From a bacterium (GTDB lineage Bacteria; Bacillota_I; Bacilli_A; RF39; UBA660), in assembly GCA_044432745.1 (NCBI GenBank), contig JAWXUH010000006.1, positions 1,375 to 65,374 of the forward strand: a stretch of DNA of 64,000 bases, written 5' to 3'. How positions within the stretch are numbered: position 1 is the first letter of the stretch; each line of letters opens with the position of its first letter. Shown here piece by piece: positions 46,768 through 57,084 of this stretch. Both the position numbers and the translations under genes were made by a program. Under the pieces are notes generated by a model, which saw only the letters and a program-made list of their open reading frames with translations, had not been told where the DNA came from and made no database searches.

Positions 46768-48239
46768 AAGAAAAAGATAATAAAAACGATGTTGAAAAAG
46801 ACATAGAAAAAGAAATAACTGAAGTTAGTGTAAAAAAGGCTAAATTATGGCAATTAGGATTATTTGCACTTAACAATTCGGCAACAAATGCATTTCATTT
46901 TTTCATGACATATATAGCATACTTTGCAAGTGGAGTTGGTGGAGTTGCTTTTGTTACTGCATCATACGTAATGACTGGTATGAGAGTCTTTGATGCATTT
47001 ACAGATCCTGTAATAGGATTTTTAATAGATAAGTTAAATTTAGGTAAGGCAGGTAAATTTAGACCTTGGATGTTATTAGGTAATGTTTTAATGACTATTG
47101 CTTTAATAATCCTAATATTTGGAATGACATCTGTTCCATCAAGTTTAAGTTTATTATTTTTTATAGTATGTTACTTCATATATATTTTAGGTTATACTTG
47201 CCAAACAGCTTGTACTAAAGCAGCACAAAGTTGCTTAACAAAAGATCCTAAACAAAGACCACTTATTTCAATGTTTGATTCACTATTTTCAATAATGTTA
47301 ATGGGTGGATATGGTATATATGTAACAAAGTTTTTAATACCTAAACATGGAGATTATAATGAAGCGTTATTTAATGAATTTGTAGTAGTAGCAATAGTAA
47401 TAGCATTTATATGTACTATACTTGCAATTATAAGTTTATGGAACGAAGATGTTGTTGCTCCAAGTAAGAAAGTTAAAAAAGAAAAAATTAAAATGTCTGA
47501 GTATGTAACTATTGTTAAGCATAATGATGCATTAAGAAAATTAATGCCAGCTGCTGCACTAGACAAATTAGCTGCTTTAGTAGCTAATAATCCGACAACA
47601 ACTTTAATATTGTTTGCTCTTATTATAGGGAATTATGAATTATCTGGAATGATGACATTCTTTATGTTACCTCCAATGATTGTTATTATATCTATAGGTA
47701 CAAAAATGTGTCAAAAACATGGTATGAGAAATGTTATATTATTCTCAAAATCAATATCTGTAATTATGTGTTCTATAATGTTCTTTATAATGATGTTTGC
47801 AGATATATCTTATATAAAAGAAGGAGGCGCTAACATTATGTTATATGTATTCTTATTCTTTTATATATGTGAAATGGCACTTAGATCATTTTGTACATCA
47901 ACATTTACTCCAATGATTGCAGATTGTATAGATTATGAACAATCAATTACTGGAAATGAGAATCCTGCAATGATTGGAACTATGTATTCTTTAGTAGATA
48001 AGTTTGTTTCAAGTTTATCTGCAACTGTAGCTGCACTTGCAGTAGCTGCAGTAGGTTTTAAAGAAGTTGCACCATCAGTTAATACTGAGCTTACAACTCC
48101 TTTATATATAGTAGGTATATTACTAGTATTATTACTTCCTATAATATCAAATGCATTTACAATTGTTCAAATGCTAATGTATCCATTAAGTAAAGAAAAA
48201 ATGGAAGAAATTCAATGTAAAATAAAGAAAGAGGTTTAA
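46764..48239 (+). CDS. GPH-family (glycoside-pentoside-hexuronide:cation symporter) MFS transporter, likely a glucuronide/hexuronide carrier.
   Basis: GTG start after agaggag. RVFDAFTDPVIGFLIDK signature. About 12 TM helices. Confidence 0.7.
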   Translation: MKEKDNKNDVEKDIEKEITEVSVKKAKLWQLGLFALNNSATNAFHFFMTYIAYFASGVGGVAFVTASYVMTGMRVFDAFTDPVIGFLIDKLNLGKAGKFRPWMLLGNVLMTIALIILIFGMTSVPSSLSLLFFIVCYFIYILGYTCQTACTKAAQSCLTKDPKQRPLISMFDSLFSIMLMGGYGIYVTKFLIPKHGDYNEALFNEFVVVAIVIAFICTILAIISLWNEDVVAPSKKVKKEKIKMSEYVTIVKHNDALRKLMPAAALDKLAALVANNPTTTLILFALIIGNYELSGMMTFFMLPPMIVIISIGTKMCQKHGMRNVILFSKSISVIMCSIMFFIMMFADISYIKEGGANIMLYVFLFFYICEMALRSFCTSTFTPMIADCIDYEQSITGNENPAMIGTMYSLVDKFVSSLSATVAALAVAAVGFKEVAPSVNTELTTPLYIVGILLVLLLPIISNAFTIVQMLMYPLSKEKMEEIQCKIKKEV

Positions 48240-48243
48240 ATAT

Positions 48244-49980
48244 ATGTTAGATTACAAAAAAGCTCCTTTTAATTTAGGAGACGAGGAAATAAAATGGGTA
48301 GAAGATACTTTTAAAGAACTGAATGATTTTCAAAAAGTAAACCAAGTTATCATTGATATGGCTTGGAGCCCAGAAGAAAAAGATTTGAAAAATGATGTTG
48401 CTAAACATAACTTTGGTGGTTATAGATATCATAATACAAGTGCAGAAAGTTTATTTAACCAAAATAGTATTATTCAAAAAGGTAAAATACCTGCATTAAT
48501 AGCAGCTAACGTTGAAGGTGGCGGAGACGGTGGTGTAAAAGGTGGAACTAAGATTGGTGATCCTGTTGCACTAGCTGCTACTGGAAATCCAGAAAATGCT
48601 TATTACATGGCATACTATGGTTGTAAAGAAGCTGCTGCGGTAGGATGCAACTGGACATTTTCTCCTATAGTTGATATTGATATTAACTGGAGAAATTGTA
48701 TTATTTCAAATAGATCTTTTGGTCAAGATACAGATACTGTACTAGAATTTTCTAAGGAATATTTAAGAGGTGCAAAAGACGCTGGAGTTGAATGTTGTAT
48801 GAAACATTTCCCAGGTGATGGTTGTGATGATAGAGATCAACATTTATGTGTTACTATAAACGATTTATCTACGAAAGATTGGGATAAAACATTTGGTAAA
48901 GTGTATAAAGGTATGATTGATGCAGGAGTATCTTCTATAATGGTAGGACATATGGTATTGCCATCTTATCAAAAGAAATTTAGACCTGAACTTAAAGATG
49001 AAGATTTAATGCCAGCAACACTTGCTCCAGAATTATTACAAGATTTACTTAGAGATCAATTAGGCTTTAATGGACTTGTTATTACAGATGCAACACATAT
49101 GCTAGGATTAACAGCAACTATTCCAAGAAGAGAATTTATGCCTGGTGTAATAATGGCTGGATGTGATATGGTACTGTTTATGAGAGATACTGATGAAGAT
49201 ATTAAATATATGATGGATGCTCTTGAAGATGGAAGATTAACTAGAGAAAGATTAGATGAAGCAGTAAAAAATGTTCTTGCTTATAAAGCAATGATGAAGT
49301 TGCCTAAAAAACAAAAAGATAATACTATTATGCCATCGGCTGATGCTAGATCTATAATAGGATGTATTGAACATAAAGAAAAAGCTAAACAAATATTAGA
49401 TGAATCTATTACTCTTGTAAAAAATACGAGAAAACAATTACCACTTGATCCTATAAAACATAAAAATGTAATTGTTTATTCTGCAACTACAGCAAGTGCC
49501 GTAGCTAAATTAGCAGGTAATGCACCTGTTGAAAAGAAATTGGTAGACGCACTTAATGCTAGAGGTTTTAATGCTGAATTATATAAATTAAATCCTTTAA
49601 AACTTGTAACTAGAAAAGGTCTTAATGGTAAGAAGTTATTAAGTGGTACACCGATAGAAGAATTTAATAAGAAATATGATGCATGTTTCTTAATATGTGA
49701 TGTTACAGGTTATTCAGAATCAAATGGAAGAAGTATTAAATGGAAAATTCCTATGGGACCAGAAATACCTTGGTATGTAACTGAGTTACCTACAGTGGTA
49801 ATTAGTACAGCGTGGCCATTTCATTTACATGATTTGCCTATGGTGCCTACATATATTAATACTTATAATTCATCAGAACTTGCAATAGAGATGACTGTTG
49901 ATAAAATTATAGGTAAATCAGAATTTAAAGGAGTTAGTCCAGTAGATGCATTCTGTGGTTCTTGGGATACAAAAAAATAA
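48244..49980 (+). CDS. Glycoside hydrolase family 3-like protein.
   Basis: KHFPGDG and GFNGLVITDA GH3 motifs. Confidence 0.65.
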   Translation: MLDYKKAPFNLGDEEIKWVEDTFKELNDFQKVNQVIIDMAWSPEEKDLKNDVAKHNFGGYRYHNTSAESLFNQNSIIQKGKIPALIAANVEGGGDGGVKGGTKIGDPVALAATGNPENAYYMAYYGCKEAAAVGCNWTFSPIVDIDINWRNCIISNRSFGQDTDTVLEFSKEYLRGAKDAGVECCMKHFPGDGCDDRDQHLCVTINDLSTKDWDKTFGKVYKGMIDAGVSSIMVGHMVLPSYQKKFRPELKDEDLMPATLAPELLQDLLRDQLGFNGLVITDATHMLGLTATIPRREFMPGVIMAGCDMVLFMRDTDEDIKYMMDALEDGRLTRERLDEAVKNVLAYKAMMKLPKKQKDNTIMPSADARSIIGCIEHKEKAKQILDESITLVKNTRKQLPLDPIKHKNVIVYSATTASAVAKLAGNAPVEKKLVDALNARGFNAELYKLNPLKLVTRKGLNGKKLLSGTPIEEFNKKYDACFLICDVTGYSESNGRSIKWKIPMGPEIPWYVTELPTVVISTAWPFHLHDLPMVPTYINTYNSSELAIEMTVDKIIGKSEFKGVSPVDAFCGSWDTKK

Positions 49981-50003
49981 TTAGACAGTAAGGAGAGATA
50001 AAA

Positions 50004-51047
50004 ATGAAAATGACATTTAGATGGTATGGCGATGATGATAAAGTTACTTTAGATAATATCAGACAAATACCTAATATGAGTGGAGTGGTTACAGCAGTAT
50101 ATTCAACTCCTGTTGGAGAAGTATGGAGTAATGAAGAAATACTTTCTCTTAAAGAAACAATAGAAGCTAAAAATTTAGAAATGGAAGTTATTGAAAGTGT
50201 TCCTGTACATGAAGATATTAAACTTGGTAGAGGAGATTACTTAAGATATATAGAAAATTATAAAGAAAATATTAGAAGACTTTCAAAAGCAGGAGTAAAA
50301 GTTATATGTTATAACTTTATGCCTGTCTTTGACTGGACTCGTAGTCAACTTGATAAAGAATTACCAGATGGTTCTAATGCACTTGTTTTTTATAAAGAAC
50401 AAGTAGATAAAATGGATCCAGTAAGTGGTGATTTATCTTTACCTGGTTGGGATTCAAGTTATACAAAAGAAGAAATGAACGAACTTATTTCTTCTTATAA
50501 AGAACTTGGAGAAGAGGGTCTTTGGAAAAATCTAGAATATTTCTTAAAAGAGATTATTCCAGTAGCAGTTTCTGAAGACGTAAAAATGGCTATACATCAG
50601 GATGATCCGCCTTGGAGTATATTTGGTATTCCTAGAATTATCGTTGATGAACCTAGTATAGATAGATTTTTAAATATAGTGAATGTAGAACATAATGGTT
50701 TAACTTTGTGTTCAGGTTCTCTTGGTTGTTCACCAAAAAATGATTATGCACATATGGTACGTAAATACGGTGCAATGGGTAGAATTCATTTTGCTCATTT
50801 AAGAAATATATTAATACTTGAAAACGGATTTGAAGAAGCAGCTCACTTTTCAAGTTGTGGTTCCCTTGATATGGTAGATATATTAAAAGCTTATCATGAA
50901 GTAGGTTACAAAGGATATATTAGACCAGATCATGGAAGAATGATTTGGGGAGAAACTGGTAGACCAGGATATGGTTTATATGATAGAGCACTAGGTGCAT
51001 CATACATAAACGGTATTTGGGAAACTTTAGACAAATTAAATAAATAA
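50004..51047 (+). CDS. uxuA: Mannonate dehydratase.
   Basis: [12 protein letters not shown]...VTAVYS N-terminus and overall length match UxuA. Confidence 0.8.
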   Translation: MKMTFRWYGDDDKVTLDNIRQIPNMSGVVTAVYSTPVGEVWSNEEILSLKETIEAKNLEMEVIESVPVHEDIKLGRGDYLRYIENYKENIRRLSKAGVKVICYNFMPVFDWTRSQLDKELPDGSNALVFYKEQVDKMDPVSGDLSLPGWDSSYTKEEMNELISSYKELGEEGLWKNLEYFLKEIIPVAVSEDVKMAIHQDDPPWSIFGIPRIIVDEPSIDRFLNIVNVEHNGLTLCSGSLGCSPKNDYAHMVRKYGAMGRIHFAHLRNILILENGFEEAAHFSSCGSLDMVDILKAYHEVGYKGYIRPDHGRMIWGETGRPGYGLYDRALGASYINGIWETLDKLNK

Positions 51048-51071
51048 ACTTAAATAAAAGGAGGATTAAAT

Positions 51072-52466
51072 ATGAAAAAATTTTTAGATAATGATTTTTT
51101 ACTTGAAAATGATGTTGCAAAAACTTTATTTCATGAATATGCAAAGGATATGCCTATTTATGATTATCATAATCATTTAAGCCCTAAAGAAATATATGAT
51201 GATGTTAAATTTGATAATATTTCTAAATTATGGCTTGGTGGTGATCATTATAAATGGAGAGTAATGCGTGCTAATGGTATAAGTGAAGATTTTATTACTG
51301 GAGATAAAAGTGATTATGAGAAGTTTTTAGCTTATGCTAAAACTGTTCCTTATACCTTGGGTAATCCTTTATACCACTGGACACATTTAGAGCTTCAAAG
51401 ATATTTTAATATCTTTGAAACTTTAGATGAAAAAAGTGCACAAAGTATTTATGATAGATGTAATGAATTGTTACAAACTGATGAATTTTCTGTTAGAAAT
51501 TTAATTAGAAAATCAAATGTTAAAGTACTTTGTACAACTGATGATCCTAAAGATAATTTAATGCATCATAAACTTTTAAAAGAAGTAGGATTTGAATGTA
51601 AAGTATTACCTTCCTTTAGACCAGATAACTTAATACATATAGAGAAACAAAGTTTTATACCATATTTAAATTCTTTAAATGAAATTGGTTATAATGTTCA
51701 TGAGTTTAACGATGTACTTGCTTTTTTGAAAAAGAGAATAGAGTACTTTAATGACGTTGGATGTAGAGTATCAGATCATGGACTTGATATGATAATGTAT
51801 CATGAATCTAATATAGAAGAAGTATCTGAGATATTTTTAAAAGCTAAAAATGGTATTGAACTTAGTGTGCTTGAGTTGAAAAAATACAAAGGATTCTTAC
51901 TTAATTATTTAGGTAAAGAATATAATAAAGTAAACTGGGTTATGCAATATCATATTGGTCCACTTAGAAATAATAATACTAGATTATTTAATCAAGTAGG
52001 ACCAGATACTGGATTTGACTCTATTAATGATGGTAGTGTAGCAGTTGATTTATCTAAATTATTAGATAGTATGGATGTAACAGATGAACTTCCTAAAACA
52101 GTTTTATATTGTTTAAATCCATCTGATAATGCCGTACTTGCTGCTATGGCTGGTAATTTTCAAGATGGTAAAACAATTGGTAAAATTCAATTTGGTTCTG
52201 CATGGTGGTTCCTTGATACTAAACAAGGTATTATCAAACAACTAGAAGATTTATCTTCAGTAGGATTATTATCTAGATTTATAGGTATGCTTACAGATTC
52301 TAGAAGTTTTGTATCTTTTCCAAGACATGAATACTTTAGAAGAATACTTTGTAATGAAATAGGTAAACTTGTAGAAAATGGAGAATATCCTCTTGATTAT
52401 GAAATATTAAAAGAAATAGTAGAAGGTATTTGTTTTAATAATATAAATAATTATATAAATAATTAG
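51072..52466 (+). CDS. uxaC: Glucuronate isomerase.
   Basis: DFLLENDVAKTLFHEYAKDMPIYDYHNHL matches the UxaC N-terminus. 464 aa. Confidence 0.85.
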   Translation: MKKFLDNDFLLENDVAKTLFHEYAKDMPIYDYHNHLSPKEIYDDVKFDNISKLWLGGDHYKWRVMRANGISEDFITGDKSDYEKFLAYAKTVPYTLGNPLYHWTHLELQRYFNIFETLDEKSAQSIYDRCNELLQTDEFSVRNLIRKSNVKVLCTTDDPKDNLMHHKLLKEVGFECKVLPSFRPDNLIHIEKQSFIPYLNSLNEIGYNVHEFNDVLAFLKKRIEYFNDVGCRVSDHGLDMIMYHESNIEEVSEIFLKAKNGIELSVLELKKYKGFLLNYLGKEYNKVNWVMQYHIGPLRNNNTRLFNQVGPDTGFDSINDGSVAVDLSKLLDSMDVTDELPKTVLYCLNPSDNAVLAAMAGNFQDGKTIGKIQFGSAWWFLDTKQGIIKQLEDLSSVGLLSRFIGMLTDSRSFVSFPRHEYFRRILCNEIGKLVENGEYPLDYEILKEIVEGICFNNINNYINN

Positions 52467-52481
52467 AAAGGTAAAACATAT

Positions 52482-54095
52482 ATGGATATGAATATAAAAT
52501 CACTAAGTGATAAAGAAAAATGGAATAAAATTGGGGTTGAAGTTCCTAAGTTTGATATAAATCAAACAGCTCTTAATACAGATGCTAGAGCAGAGTGGGT
52601 ACACTTTGGAGCTGGTAATATATTTAGAGGTTTTATCGCTAATATAAATCAAAGACTACTTAATAAAAATTTAGTAGATACAGGAATTGTTGCTGTAGAT
52701 ACATTTGATTTTGATATTATTGATAAAATATATAAACCTTTTGATAATTTAACAATGCTTGTTAGTTTGAATTCAGATGGTACTAATAAAAAAGAAATTA
52801 TGGCAGGTGTATCTAGAGCTTATAAAGGAAGTTCTCAGTATGATGATTATAATAAACTTATTGAAATATTTGAAAATGATAGTTTGAAAATGGTAAGTTT
52901 TACTATAACTGAAAAGGGTTATTCTTTAAAAAACATTACTGGAGAATATTTAGATGTTGTATCATCTGATATATCTAATGGACCTGATAGTCCTAAACAT
53001 GTTATATCTATAATAACTTCTCTTGTATATAAAAGATATTTATCTGCTAAAAAGAAACTTGCACTTTGTTCAATGGATAATTGTTCACATAATGGAGAAG
53101 TACTTAAGAAGTCAGTTATTAATATGGCAACTGAGTGGTTAAATAATAATTATGTAGAAGAAGATTTTATTACTTATTTAAATGATGAGAATTATATTAG
53201 TTTCCCTTGGAGTATGATTGATAAAATAACTCCTAGACCTGATGATTCTATATGTAGTGATTTAGAACAAAGTGGTCTTAATAATATGAAACCAATTGTT
53301 ACAAGTGTTAATACATATATAGCTCCTTTTGTTAATGCAGAAGTAGCCGAATATCTAGTTATTGAAAATAATTTTCCAAACGGATCTATTCCTCTTAATG
53401 AAGGTGGAGTTTATTTAACTGATAGAGATACTGTTAACAAAACAGAAACTATGAAAGTTACTACTTGTTTAAATCCACTTCATACAGCACTTGCTGTATA
53501 TGGTTGTCTTCTTGGTTATGATAGGATTTATAAAGAAATGAATGATCCTTTATTAAGTAATTTAGTTAAAAAAATAGGTTACGAAGAAGGTTTAAAAGTA
53601 GTAGTTGATCCTAAGATTATTTCTCCTAAAGAATTTATAGATGAAGTAATAAATGAAAGATTAACTAATCCTTTTATACCAGATGATCCTGCTAGAATAG
53701 CAACAGATACAAGTCAAAAAGTTGGTATTAGATTTGGTGAAACAATTAAATCTTATATAAAAAGTGAAGAACTTGATGTTCAAAACTTAGTATATATACC
53801 ACTAGCAATAGCAGGGTGGATGAGATATTTACTAGGTGTAGATGATAATGGAAATACATTATCACTTAGTCCAGATCCAATGCTTGATCAATTAACTTTA
53901 GTTTTATCTTCTATTAAACTTGGAGGAGAATACAATAATGAATTAACTAGCATTCTTACAAATGAAACAATTTTTGGAGTAAATTTAGTAGAGTGTGGTC
54001 TTTCTAATAAGATAGAAGAAATGTTTATTAAGATGATTGTAGGTAATAATGCAGTACATAATACACTTAATGAATACTTAGGTAAGGAGATATAA
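52482..54095 (+). CDS. uxuB: Fructuronate reductase / D-mannonate oxidoreductase (mannitol dehydrogenase family).
   Basis: FTITEKGY and AIAGWMRYLLGVDDNGN...DPMLDQL match UxuB (LTVTEKGY, GVAGWMRYTQGVDEQGN...DPMLAEF). Confidence 0.7.
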   Translation: MDMNIKSLSDKEKWNKIGVEVPKFDINQTALNTDARAEWVHFGAGNIFRGFIANINQRLLNKNLVDTGIVAVDTFDFDIIDKIYKPFDNLTMLVSLNSDGTNKKEIMAGVSRAYKGSSQYDDYNKLIEIFENDSLKMVSFTITEKGYSLKNITGEYLDVVSSDISNGPDSPKHVISIITSLVYKRYLSAKKKLALCSMDNCSHNGEVLKKSVINMATEWLNNNYVEEDFITYLNDENYISFPWSMIDKITPRPDDSICSDLEQSGLNNMKPIVTSVNTYIAPFVNAEVAEYLVIENNFPNGSIPLNEGGVYLTDRDTVNKTETMKVTTCLNPLHTALAVYGCLLGYDRIYKEMNDPLLSNLVKKIGYEEGLKVVVDPKIISPKEFIDEVINERLTNPFIPDDPARIATDTSQKVGIRFGETIKSYIKSEELDVQNLVYIPLAIAGWMRYLLGVDDNGNTLSLSPDPMLDQLTLVLSSIKLGGEYNNELTSILTNETIFGVNLVECGLSNKIEEMFIKMIVGNNAVHNTLNEYLGKEI

Positions 54096-54097
54096 AT

Positions 54098-55039
54098 ATG
54101 AATATAAAATTACCACCAATAGTACCTGTTGTATCTATTGAAAAGATAGATGATGCTCTTCATATTACAAAAGCACTTCTTGATGGAGGAATTTCTTGTA
54201 TTGAAGTTACTCTTAGAACGGATGATGCAATTGATGCTATTAAAATGATTAAAAATCATTATCCAGCTATGACTGTTGGTGCAGGAACTATTATTAATAT
54301 AGAACAAATAGATCTTGCTATAGATGCAGGAGCAGACTTCTTAGTTAGTCCGGGTTTAAATGTCAATGTAGTTAAATATGCACAAGAAAAAAATATAATC
54401 ATTTATCCAGGATGTACTAATTCATCTGATATAGAACTTGCTATAAGTCTTGGTGTTACAGATTTAAAATTCTTTCCTGCTGAATCATCAGGTGGAATAA
54501 ATATGATTAAATCTTTATGTGCACCATATGATATGATTAGATTTATGCCAACAGGTGGAATTACAAATGATAATATTAATGAATATTTAAAATTTGATAA
54601 AGTTATTGCTTGCGGAGGATCATTTTTAATAAATGAAGAAATATTAAGAAATAGAGATTATAAACAAATAACTATAAATTGTAAAAATACTCTTAAAAAT
54701 ATTTTAGATTTAGATGTTAAACATGTAGGTATAAATGTAAACAATAATGAAGATTGTTTTAGTATAGCTAATAATCTTGAAAATTTACTTTGTACTGAAA
54801 AGATTGAAACTGGTAATTCATATTTTATAGGAGATATAGAAATTTTAAAAGATTGTCCTTATAAAAAAGGATATATATCTTTAGAAACAAATAATCTTTA
54901 TAGAGCTATATCTTACTATGAATCAATGAATGTACATTTTAATTATTCTACTGCAACGTATAGTGATAGTAATAAATTATCTAGTATCTTTTTTGAAGAT
55001 GAAGTAGCTGGTTATGCTTACAAACTAATTCAAAAATAG
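54098..55039 (+). CDS. eda: KDPG/KHG aldolase (Eda) with an ~100-aa C-terminal extension.
   Basis: GISCIEVTLRT and KFFPAESSGG aldolase motifs. The C-terminal 100 aa have no counterpart in canonical Eda. Confidence 0.75.
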   Translation: MNIKLPPIVPVVSIEKIDDALHITKALLDGGISCIEVTLRTDDAIDAIKMIKNHYPAMTVGAGTIINIEQIDLAIDAGADFLVSPGLNVNVVKYAQEKNIIIYPGCTNSSDIELAISLGVTDLKFFPAESSGGINMIKSLCAPYDMIRFMPTGGITNDNINEYLKFDKVIACGGSFLINEEILRNRDYKQITINCKNTLKNILDLDVKHVGINVNNNEDCFSIANNLENLLCTEKIETGNSYFIGDIEILKDCPYKKGYISLETNNLYRAISYYESMNVHFNYSTATYSDSNKLSSIFFEDEVAGYAYKLIQK

Positions 55040-55066
55040 GAATTTTTTCCTATTTTTTTTGTTATA
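55040..55066 (+). terminator. Terminator after eda.
   Basis: aggaa tttt ttcct followed by a T-run. Confidence 0.5.
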
Positions 55067-55087
55067 ATGTAATAAAGGTGAATAGAT

Positions 55088-55873
55088 ATGGAAAAAAATA
55101 TAGAATTAACAGAAAGAAAAAAACAAGAAGTTATTAAAGTTTTAACTACAGAGATAAAATATAAAAAAAGAATAAAAAAAACAGAAGATGTCCATATATA
55201 TTTAGAAAATAATATTATATATTCAACTCAGTTATATAGAAATTCTTTTGATTGCGATATGACTGATTTTGCGTGTGGTTTTTATGAAATTTTATATAAG
55301 AAGATACTTAATGATAAAGGTATAAATAATATAATAAACAAAGAAAAATATTTTAGTAATAAGTCATTTGCAGGAGATACCATGAATAGTTTTAATACAG
55401 TAGCTATGTTAGTTTCAGAATATGGTAATTCAAAGGATACTTGTACATGTGAAAGTATATGGCCACAATATTTAAGAAAATATAAACATTCTTATCATTG
55501 TTTAGCAAATTTTTGGTTAGTACCAATGGTAGTTGGTAGAACTATATATTCTTTATCAAAGATTACTCCATCTAAAGATTATATGGATAGATTTTTATTA
55601 TATGTAAAAGAAAATATGTCTAAATACCAGGAAAGTTTTCCTTGTTATTTTTCTAATCTTGATTTTAATCAATTTGTAAGACTTAACTATTTAGAAGGAA
55701 GTTATGTTATAAATAATGATGTAAAAAAATTTAGTATCAACAATAAAAATGCAGAAGAAATAATTACTTCTATGAATGAACTTATTTTAAAGAGAGCTAT
55801 ATGTATAGCAAATTCAGATATAGCAAATGAACTTTGGAATTATTTTGACAAAATAGGTGTAATTAATGATTAG
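55088..55873 (+). CDS. Hypothetical protein (261 aa).
   Basis: RBS aaaggtga. Cys-rich. No motif recognised. Confidence 0.5.
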   Translation: MEKNIELTERKKQEVIKVLTTEIKYKKRIKKTEDVHIYLENNIIYSTQLYRNSFDCDMTDFACGFYEILYKKILNDKGINNIINKEKYFSNKSFAGDTMNSFNTVAMLVSEYGNSKDTCTCESIWPQYLRKYKHSYHCLANFWLVPMVVGRTIYSLSKITPSKDYMDRFLLYVKENMSKYQESFPCYFSNLDFNQFVRLNYLEGSYVINNDVKKFSINNKNAEEIITSMNELILKRAICIANSDIANELWNYFDKIGVIND

Positions 55874-55926
55874 ACTCTAATTACTTTTACTAAATCTTAT
55901 GTTATAATTTTATATAGAATAGTAGG

Positions 55927-56943
55927 GTGATTACTTTGTATAGAAATACTGAGACTTTAGCAACTAAAGATGATATAAAAAGAAATTTAAAACGTTTACT
56001 TTTTGAAAGAAAAGAGATAAATAAATTGTTAAAAAATAGTCAAGAAGATATTTTCTTATTAAAAGAAAAATTAAAACTTGATAAAAGTATAATAGAGTGT
56101 GCTGAGTTTTTAGAATTAAATGTAAAAGTTAAAGAGAATGATGAATTACATTCTTTAGATGTTGATTTAGTTAATAATATCCCTTCTAATACAGATTTAA
56201 AAGAAGAATTAAGTGAGTCTTCTATGTTTGATGATTCACTTAATAAGAAAGTAAAGACAACTCAAATTGATGCGATTATATCTGATCAATTTGATAAACT
56301 ACCTAAAAATATAGATGAACTAAAAAAGAGAATACCATCTTATTCATTGATTGCATTATTAAGTGGAGCAGCTATGGCAAACCCTGCTTTTACATCTGTA
56401 GTTGCACTAACTGTAGCAGCCGAATTTAAGGTATATAATACAACGTTTAAAAATAAAAAATCTACGTTATTTGGTATAAATAAAAAGAACTATGTAACTC
56501 AAAATGCTTTAACAACGTCTCATTTAATAAAAAATATGTTTAATGATAAAAAAAGTGAAACCTTTAGTGTTGAGCTTGTAAACCTTTTGTTAGATTTAGA
56601 AGAAAATCAAGAATATAATACAATATCACAATCTATTGTAAGAGCATCTCTTAGAAAATTACAAAAAGAAGGTTATATTACAAACTACATTGAAGAGTTA
56701 CATGAATTAAATGGTCTTGAAAGCAAACTAGTTCATGCTTCAATTAATCTTGGAATGGGTAATTATGATAATTTACTTAAAGAAAGTAAGAAATATAAAA
56801 TGAAGTTTACTAGAACGGAAAAAGAAATAGATCTAGATTTGATAAATCAATTTTTAAACAAACCAGGTAACGAAATTCCTCATGAAATTGAATATGATGG
56901 AGATAAAATAGATAAAGTTGTTTATGAACCTAAAACTAGATAA
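55927..56943 (+). CDS. Hypothetical coiled-coil protein with one internal hydrophobic segment.
   Basis: GTG start. SLIALLSGAAMANPAFTSVVALTVAA hydrophobic stretch. Confidence 0.5.
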   Translation: MITLYRNTETLATKDDIKRNLKRLLFERKEINKLLKNSQEDIFLLKEKLKLDKSIIECAEFLELNVKVKENDELHSLDVDLVNNIPSNTDLKEELSESSMFDDSLNKKVKTTQIDAIISDQFDKLPKNIDELKKRIPSYSLIALLSGAAMANPAFTSVVALTVAAEFKVYNTTFKNKKSTLFGINKKNYVTQNALTTSHLIKNMFNDKKSETFSVELVNLLLDLEENQEYNTISQSIVRASLRKLQKEGYITNYIEELHELNGLESKLVHASINLGMGNYDNLLKESKKYKMKFTRTEKEIDLDLINQFLNKPGNEIPHEIEYDGDKIDKVVYEPKTR

Positions 56944-56946
56944 TAA

Positions 56947-56985
56947 AAAATACAAAATAATTTTGTATTTTTTTCTTTTTATAAT
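56947..56985 (+). terminator. Rho-independent terminator.
   Basis: aaaatacaaaat aa ttttgtatttt followed by a T-run. Confidence 0.55.
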
Positions 56986-57084
56986 ATTACCAAATTTGAA
57001 AAAAATACATTTATGTTACTTTTTTCTTGATTTAAACAGATAAATTTAGTATAATATTCTAACTTGTAAAGGGGTTACAAAGAA

